DNA of 30,162 nucleotides from a virus (Duplodnaviria > Caudoviricetes), in IMG/VR virus record IMGVR_UViG_3300020043_001170, positions 1 through 30,162 of that record; one strand, written 5' to 3'. The translations under genes and the position numbers were made by a program. This document shows, piece by piece, positions 24,101-30,162 of this stretch. How positions within the stretch are numbered: position 1 is the stretch's first letter; every line of letters begins with the position of its first letter. The notes below the pieces were generated by a model. It was given only the letters and a program-made list of their open reading frames with translations, was not told the origin of the DNA and ran no database searches.

Positions 24101-26478
24101 TGAAAAGACAAGTTCGCATTTTTGTTGAGGGCAGGGAGTTAGATTTATTCAACGATGAAACAATCGAAGTAAATTCGACTATCCAAAACATTCAAGATAT
24201 TAGTAAAACCTATACGGACTTTTCGCAGTCGTTTACAATACCAACGAGCGCACGAAATAACGCGATTTGGGAATACTTCTACGAAAACGCGGTTAATAGT
24301 TCGATCAACTACCAAGAACGCTTAGACGGCTATATTGAGATAGATATGACGTTTTTTCGTAGGGGTAAAATCCAAATGGAAAAGTCGCAACTAAAAAACG
24401 GACAACCTAATTCGTACACGATTACTTTTTACGGAGATGTAACCACGCTTAAAGATATTATAGGCGAAGACTTATTAAGCGACCTTGACTATTCAACCGT
24501 AAACCACAACTACACATTTAACGAGGTGTTTGATAGAGTTAGGGATATTGTAACCGATTATGACGTATGTTACCCTTTAATTACTTCTAATCGAATATGG
24601 GAGTATTTATCAACCGCACCCGTTGCGAACGTGCCTAATTGGCTTATTCCGTTTTTAGGCTCAACTTCAAACGATATACATACGAATTCAGGCGCGATAG
24701 ATTACACGGAGTTATTTCCCGCATTACGGGTAAAAACAATTTTTGATATTATCGGACTTCAATACGGGGTAACTTTTAACGGCGCATTCTTGACCGACCC
24801 GAAATTTACGCAGGCTTATATTTGGTATAAGAATAAAAACGACTTTGAATTTAGTGGACAACCGCAACAACTTGACTTAGACACTATTATAAGTTCTTAT
24901 ATTCCTACGTACCCACTTAACCTTTATGTTGACGCTTCATTAAACCAAATTACAACCCCGTTTTTTAATGGCGCTACGTGGATGAATCACGTAATTACGT
25001 TAGACGTTACTTCGGTAAGTTCGCCTACTACAACTTATTGGATAGATACGTATAGAAATGGCGCTTTGTTTTCTACAACTCAAGGAATAGGAACGGCTAT
25101 TTACGGATTAGCTAACGTTACAAATGTTCAAGGCTTAAATGATGTTTGGGAGTTTTATATTCGTTCTAATTTCCCGTTAACGTTTGATTCCGAAATTCAA
25201 TACGAAGTTACTTACATAACTTCAGTGAATCCAATTCCGACAACGGAGTACATTCGTTATTCAAACATAACATTAAACCTTACAGCGTTTACCGACTTAG
25301 CGCAACTCGCGCCACAAATGAAGGTTCAAGATTTTATCGCAGGGATATTAAAACAATTTAACCTAACGTGTTTTGGTAGCGGTGTAAATGCGTACACGAT
25401 TATCCCTTTAGACGATTGGTATTCTTCAGGCGCAATAATTGACATAACCGAATTTACGGACAAAACCGAAATCGGAATAGACCGCGTAAAACTTTACAAA
25501 AAAATAGGTTTCGCGTTTGAGCAATCGAACTCATTAATGAATAAAGCCTACTTCGAGCAAGGCTTAAAAGAATACGGAAACACGGAATACCAATACCCTT
25601 ATGACGGCGGAGAATTCACAATAAAAGTACCTTTTGAAAACTTACTATTTAACCAATTCTTTGATTCAGGAAACCCAACGGGTTTACAAGTCGGATATTC
25701 GTTAGACCAAGCCTACGCGCCTTACATACCTAAGCCGTGTTTACTTTACAAGTATGGCGGTGTTAATTTAGTTGACCATATACACTTCACGGACGGAATT
25801 AGTTTATTTCAAACAAACGACTATACGATGTTCGGACAGGATTTAACGGACAACGGAATAAAGTACTCAACAAACTTCGCGCCCGAAACTTCTTCTTATT
25901 GGTTAACTCCGATTCAACAATCAATTTTCGCAACGTATTACTTTCCGTATTTAACTAACTTATTCAACCCTAAGAACCGACTAACAACGGTTAAAACCAA
26001 TTTACCCGTTTCGATTCTTACGAGCCTTCAACTTAATGATAGGTTAATAATTCGAGATAAGCGTTACCTAATTAACGAAATGAAAACGAATTTAGTAACA
26101 GGAGAAACTACGTTCCAACTATTGAACGACTTTATGCCGTTGTTTCCTGTTAGGGTAATTCAAACAGGCGAAGCACAAGACGAAGTAACCGTTCCAATTA
26201 CGCTACCTAATTTCGCAACCTTAGTTAATTTTAGTTCTTCTACTACGGGTGTAATTTTTACACCAAGTTCGATAACGTATTCACAAACTTTAAGAATAGG
26301 ATTGCCGCCTGTAATTGGGGATATAGACCGAGCAACGCAAGACGGACAACTAAGGATAACGGAAGACGGAATACAATTAGAAACCGAAGGTAAAAACGAT
26401 GTTATAACGGTTGACTGCGAATATATTTACCAAGACGGAAGTACACAAACAAGCCAAATAGTAATTTTAAGAATATGA
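24100..26478 (+). CDS. Tail tip / baseplate hub protein
   Basis: 792 aa; LDLF.DE...IQDISK..TDFSQSFTIP....N N-terminus; located in the tail module. Confidence 0.65.
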   Translation: MKRQVRIFVEGRELDLFNDETIEVNSTIQNIQDISKTYTDFSQSFTIPTSARNNAIWEYFYENAVNSSINYQERLDGYIEIDMTFFRRGKIQMEKSQLKNGQPNSYTITFYGDVTTLKDIIGEDLLSDLDYSTVNHNYTFNEVFDRVRDIVTDYDVCYPLITSNRIWEYLSTAPVANVPNWLIPFLGSTSNDIHTNSGAIDYTELFPALRVKTIFDIIGLQYGVTFNGAFLTDPKFTQAYIWYKNKNDFEFSGQPQQLDLDTIISSYIPTYPLNLYVDASLNQITTPFFNGATWMNHVITLDVTSVSSPTTTYWIDTYRNGALFSTTQGIGTAIYGLANVTNVQGLNDVWEFYIRSNFPLTFDSEIQYEVTYITSVNPIPTTEYIRYSNITLNLTAFTDLAQLAPQMKVQDFIAGILKQFNLTCFGSGVNAYTIIPLDDWYSSGAIIDITEFTDKTEIGIDRVKLYKKIGFAFEQSNSLMNKAYFEQGLKEYGNTEYQYPYDGGEFTIKVPFENLLFNQFFDSGNPTGLQVGYSLDQAYAPYIPKPCLLYKYGGVNLVDHIHFTDGISLFQTNDYTMFGQDLTDNGIKYSTNFAPETSSYWLTPIQQSIFATYYFPYLTNLFNPKNRLTTVKTNLPVSILTSLQLNDRLIIRDKRYLINEMKTNLVTGETTFQLLNDFMPLFPVRVIQTGEAQDEVTVPITLPNFATLVNFSSSTTGVIFTPSSITYSQTLRIGLPPVIGDIDRATQDGQLRITEDGIQLETEGKNDVITVDCEYIYQDGSTQTSQIVILRI

Positions 26479-26666
26479 GTTACATAAACCAAATAGTTCA
26501 ACTATTACAAGTATCGGATTTCGTAGGCGAACACGAATATATTGAAATCGCAAAAGGTAAGTACAAACTACACGACAAAATTAAACCCGCGTACAAACAA
26601 ATGCTTCGGGAGTTATTAATAAAGAAACTAGAAAAAAATGGCGGAAAAACGAACGATAGAACTTGA
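26475..26666 (+). CDS. Small protein preceding tape measure
   Basis: 63 aa; IEIAKGKY motif; ATGA-coupled. Confidence 0.6.
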   Translation: MSYINQIVQLLQVSDFVGEHEYIEIAKGKYKLHDKIKPAYKQMLRELLIKKLEKNGGKTNDRT

Positions 26667-29082
26667 AGTAAAAGACAACGTAAAATCATTAAAGGCGCAA
26701 TATAAAGAAGCGGTAGTAGAACTTCAAAGAGTTTCCGCAGCGTATGGAGAAACTTCGGACGAAGCAATACGAGCAGCAAAGGCAGCCGCACAACTAAAAG
26801 ACCAAATCGGATTTACCAACGATATGGTAAACTCATTTAACCCCGATGGAAAATTTAACGCGTTAAGTAAGTCGTTCGGTGGAGTTCTTGACGGATTCCA
26901 AGCGGTTGAGGGTGGCTTAGGTTTAATCGGAGTTGAAGGTGAAGCGGTACAAGAAGCTATGTTACGCGTTCAAAGCGCTATGGCCTTTTCTCAAGGTATT
27001 CAAGGTGTACTCGAAGCAAAGGATTCATTTAAGCAACTTGGAAGCGTAGTTAAAGACGTTGTTTTAGGATTATTCAAAAAGAATGCCGTAACGGCAGCAG
27101 GCGCAGCGGTAGACAAAACAAATGTAATTACAACGGGCGCTCAAGCGATTGCTTCAAGTGGTTTAGCTACGGCTCAAACGGGTGTAGCAGTTTCCACGGG
27201 AGTAGCGAGCAACGCGATGAAGTTATTTAGGATTGCTTTGATTTCTACGGGTATTGGTGCGATCGTTGTGGCGGTTGGTTTATTAATTGCGAACTTTGAT
27301 AAATTAGTTGAGGGGGTAATGTGGGCGCGAGAAAAGTTTGAGAAATTAGGCACGGGGGTTAAAATTTTAATATCCGTAATGTTTCCGTTTATTGGTTTGA
27401 TTTACGGAACTATTAAGGCGCTCGAAGCTATGGGGTTGGTTGACGATGTCAAAACGGCCAAAATGAAAAAGAACGCTCAAGACCATACGGAAGCGGTAAT
27501 AAAAGGCGCAGACAAACGAGCAAAGGCAATTAAAAAAGAACAAAGCCAAAACGACGCTAAGGCACAACGCGAAATTGAATTAGCAAAGGCTTCAGGAAAA
27601 GCCACCTACGAAATGGAATTAGCTAAGGCTAAAGCGCATTTAGCAAGTGGACGTGTTTATTTAGAAGTTCAAAAGTCCAAAATGAAGGCTATTAAGGCGG
27701 AAATGGATTTATTGTTAGCAACCGAAGACCAAGATTCCGACCGATACAAAGAATTAAAGAAACGAGCGGACGCAGTTAGAAAAATAATGGACGAAACCTA
27801 CAAAGATAACGTAGACACTAAACACGCTATCGCAGTAATGGAAGCCGAGCATAACAAAGAAATAGCAGACCAAGCAAGCGCAGCGGCAAGCAAAGGAAAA
27901 CAAAATGCGGAACAAACTCGAAAGGCTTACATAGACAACCTTAAAAAACAATACGAAGACCAAGCGAAGTTAGAAGAAGAAGCCGAAAACCAAAAGTTAG
28001 CCTTAATGGCGGACGGAATAGAAAAAGAAAAGGCGGTACGTCAAGACGCTTATAACGATTACCGCGATAATTTCTTAAAAGAACGAATAGCAGATGAACA
28101 AGCGGCTTTAGACAAACAATACGAATCAGGCAAAATAAGTCGAGAGGAATATAACAAGCAACTCGAAGCGCTAAGGGTAAACGCGGAATCTAAACTAACC
28201 GAACAAGAACGGCAAATTTTAATTAACGCTAAAGACCTTTTGAACAAAGACTTGTTAGCAATAGACGAAAAATACCAAGCCGAAGTTCTTAAGCGAACTC
28301 AAGACTTCCAAAAGAAAATTCAAGACGAAGAAAAAAAGCGTCAATTAGATTTTGATATGCAAGTCGAAGCATTACAAGAACAAAACTACCAAGCGAGTTT
28401 AACCGACCAACAGCGCGATATTTATTTGATAAATGAAAAGTACGCGGAAATGGAACGAATGGCGAAGGGTAATGCAGATGCGGAAAAAACAATAGCCGAA
28501 GCCAAAGGGCGTGAACTTGACGAAATAAATAAGAAATACGCAGATGAAGAAGCGAAAAGACGGAAGGAAAACATAGATAAAGGGTTAGACTTAGCACGTG
28601 GACAATTTGCGGCGTTAGGAGATTTAGCGGCTTCGTTTAACTTTAAGAGCAAGGCAGCGGCAAAGGCAGCGTTTAACGTTAAAAAAGGCGCAGATATAGC
28701 AGCGGCTACAATAGACACTTACAAAGCGGCAACGGGTGCTTATTCTTCGATGAGTTCGATTCCTGTTGTTGGCCCTGCATTGGGTGCGGTCGCGGCAGCT
28801 ATGGCGGTAACGGCAGGTTTATTAAACGTTAAAAAAATTGCTTCACAAAAGTTTGAAGGCGGTGGCGTTCCAAGTGGCGGTGGTGGCGGTGGTGGCGAAG
28901 GTGCATTAAGCGGTGGAATGTCGGGAGGTAGTCAAGCACCTGAGTTTAATGTTGTAGGTAATAACGGACTAAACCAACTTGCACAACTTCAACAACAACC
29001 TACCCAAGCATACGTAGTTAGTGGACAAGTAACAACGGCTCAAAGTTTAGACCGTAACCGAATACAAAACGCAACACTTTAA
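26638..29082 (+). CDS. Tail tape measure protein
   Basis: 814 aa Ala/Lys/Glu-rich helical protein; hydrophobic segments (STGIGAIVVAVGLLI; IPVVGPALG); long coiled coil; Gly linker. Confidence 0.85.
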   Translation: MAEKRTIELEVKDNVKSLKAQYKEAVVELQRVSAAYGETSDEAIRAAKAAAQLKDQIGFTNDMVNSFNPDGKFNALSKSFGGVLDGFQAVEGGLGLIGVEGEAVQEAMLRVQSAMAFSQGIQGVLEAKDSFKQLGSVVKDVVLGLFKKNAVTAAGAAVDKTNVITTGAQAIASSGLATAQTGVAVSTGVASNAMKLFRIALISTGIGAIVVAVGLLIANFDKLVEGVMWAREKFEKLGTGVKILISVMFPFIGLIYGTIKALEAMGLVDDVKTAKMKKNAQDHTEAVIKGADKRAKAIKKEQSQNDAKAQREIELAKASGKATYEMELAKAKAHLASGRVYLEVQKSKMKAIKAEMDLLLATEDQDSDRYKELKKRADAVRKIMDETYKDNVDTKHAIAVMEAEHNKEIADQASAAASKGKQNAEQTRKAYIDNLKKQYEDQAKLEEEAENQKLALMADGIEKEKAVRQDAYNDYRDNFLKERIADEQAALDKQYESGKISREEYNKQLEALRVNAESKLTEQERQILINAKDLLNKDLLAIDEKYQAEVLKRTQDFQKKIQDEEKKRQLDFDMQVEALQEQNYQASLTDQQRDIYLINEKYAEMERMAKGNADAEKTIAEAKGRELDEINKKYADEEAKRRKENIDKGLDLARGQFAALGDLAASFNFKSKAAAKAAFNVKKGADIAAATIDTYKAATGAYSSMSSIPVVGPALGAVAAAMAVTAGLLNVKKIASQKFEGGGVPSGGGGGGGEGALSGGMSGGSQAPEFNVVGNNGLNQLAQLQQQPTQAYVVSGQVTTAQSLDRNRIQNATL

Positions 29083-29106
29083 AACAAATCAAATTATTTA
29101 GATATG
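29071..29106 (+). promoter_or_regulatory. Putative late promoter, GCAACA-N14-AAATTAT-N6-ATG
   Basis: Same spacing as the other copies; heads the protease operon. Confidence 0.6.
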
Positions 29107-29988
29107 AGAATTATTGAATTAATCATAGACGAAAACGATGAGCAAAGCGGAATAGACGCAGTAAGCGTTGTGCATTCCCCTGCAATCGAAGAAAACTTTG
29201 TAGCCTTGAATAAACACGAAATCGAACTAAAAGAAATCGACACGGAGAAACGTATTTTAATGGGTGCGGCTTTAGTTCCTAACAAACAAATCTACCGAAG
29301 AAACGCAAAGAACGAAGAATACTATATTTATTTTTCAGCGGACACTATTCGAAAAGCAAGTGAATTATTTTTAATGCGATCCAACCAAAACAACGCAACA
29401 TACGAACACGAAAAAAAGTTAAAAGGTTTAAGCGTAGTTGAATCTTGGATAATTGAAGACGAAAAAAAGGACAAGTCGAACCTATACGGATTCAGCCTAC
29501 CTAAAGGTACGTGGATGATTTCGATGAAAGTAAACAACGAAGAAGTGTGGAACGATGTTAAGGAAGGCAAAGTAAAAGGCTTTTCGATAGAAGGTTACTT
29601 CGCGGATAAATTCGAAATGAGTAGCGAAGAAGACGAAGCCACGGAAGTAATAATGGAACTTAAAAAACTTCTTGGAATCGAATTAGAATCTTACACGGAC
29701 TACCCTAAACAAGCCATTGAAAACGCAAAGATAGCAATTAGATACGCCGAAGAAAACGGGTGGGGGGATTGCCTAGAAGCAACAGGAAAACAACGCGCTA
29801 ATCAGTTAGCAAATAACGAACCGATTTCCGAAGAAACGATTTCACGAATGGCAAGTTTTGAACGCCACCGACAAAATTCTAAAAAAGAACTTGGGGACGG
29901 TTGTGGAAGATTAGCTTGGTTAGCTTGGGGTGGAGACGAAGGTATCGAATGGGCGCAAAGAAAATTAGAACAAATTAAAAATAAATAA
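29104..29988 (+). CDS. Prohead maturation protease (XkdF-like) with extra C-terminal domain
   Basis: SVV.SPAIE, G.ALVP...IYR, YEH, VESW, GTW and KGFSIEG motifs; added ~100-aa domain ending AWLAWGGD.G..WA. Confidence 0.8.
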   Translation: MRIIELIIDENDEQSGIDAVSVVHSPAIEENFVALNKHEIELKEIDTEKRILMGAALVPNKQIYRRNAKNEEYYIYFSADTIRKASELFLMRSNQNNATYEHEKKLKGLSVVESWIIEDEKKDKSNLYGFSLPKGTWMISMKVNNEEVWNDVKEGKVKGFSIEGYFADKFEMSSEEDEATEVIMELKKLLGIELESYTDYPKQAIENAKIAIRYAEENGWGDCLEATGKQRANQLANNEPISEETISRMASFERHRQNSKKELGDGCGRLAWLAWGGDEGIEWAQRKLEQIKNK

Positions 29989-29989
29989 A

Positions 29990-30162
29990 ATGAGTAACTT
30001 AAACACAATCCTAAACAAGTTAGGAAAAATCGAAGAAATCGAACAAACGAACTTAGCTAAACACGAAGTAGAATTAGCAAATATAAATGAATTAGATAAA
30101 TTAATAAATAATAATAACAGTTTATATAGTGAGTTTGTTAATGTGGATAAATTGATTAAGCC
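29990..30162 (+). CDS. 5' part of the junction-spanning 143-aa protein
   Basis: MSNLNTILNKLGKIEEIEQTNLAKHEVELANINELDK...; continues in frame to the stop at 295. Confidence 0.85.
   Translation, partial: MSNLNTILNKLGKIEEIEQTNLAKHEVELANINELDKLINNNNSLYSEFVNVDKLIK
30128..30162. repeat. Terminal direct repeat, right copy
   Basis: Identical to 2-36. Confidence 0.95.

Noticed and set aside
28858-28930. GGT/GGC-rich repeat tract
   Set aside because: Simply encodes a Gly-rich linker in the tape measure protein
1-30162. CRISPR array, tRNA, diversity-generating retroelement, intron/intein or stop-codon recoding
   Set aside because: No spaced repeats, cloverleafs, reverse transcriptase or TR/VR pair seen; genes are intact under code 11 apart from the two homopolymer sites

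Overview
The window is an apparently complete, circularised ~30,126-bp genome of a long-tailed dsDNA phage: bases 2-36 repeat 30128-30162 and one ORF reads through the junction. The host is most likely a Bacteroidota (Flavobacteria-like) bacterium, judged from TAnnTTTG/TTTG promoters and A-rich starts lacking Shine-Dalgarno sites. All credible genes are on the + strand. Modules are head and neck (XkdF-like protease, leader-bearing proteins, scaffold, major capsid, major tail, portal, adaptor), tail fibre, lysis (holin, amidase, u-spanin-like lipoprotein), a metallophosphoesterase, early/replication genes (DnaA-C-like HTH, O-like initiator with iterons, SF4 helicase, frameshifted DNA MTase, NinG, ERF, exonuclease, SSB), a phage sigma factor, terminase and tail genes. 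No integrase, repressor, tRNA or CRISPR array is visible. The strongest unexplained signals are regulatory: (1) two look-alike 3'-UTR/terminator elements antisense to the start-codon regions of many non-structural genes; (2) a precisely spaced ACA-N14-WARTTAT-N6-ATG motif suggesting leaderless late transcripts; (3) a kissing-loop leader RNA before the replication operon; (4) an H-type pseudoknot before ERF; (5) a G9 tract switching off the MTase; (6) a T9 slippery site followed by 250 nt of dual coding; (7) a recurring xEL motif and shared leader in head proteins. Product calls come from motif recognition only; no database search was run.
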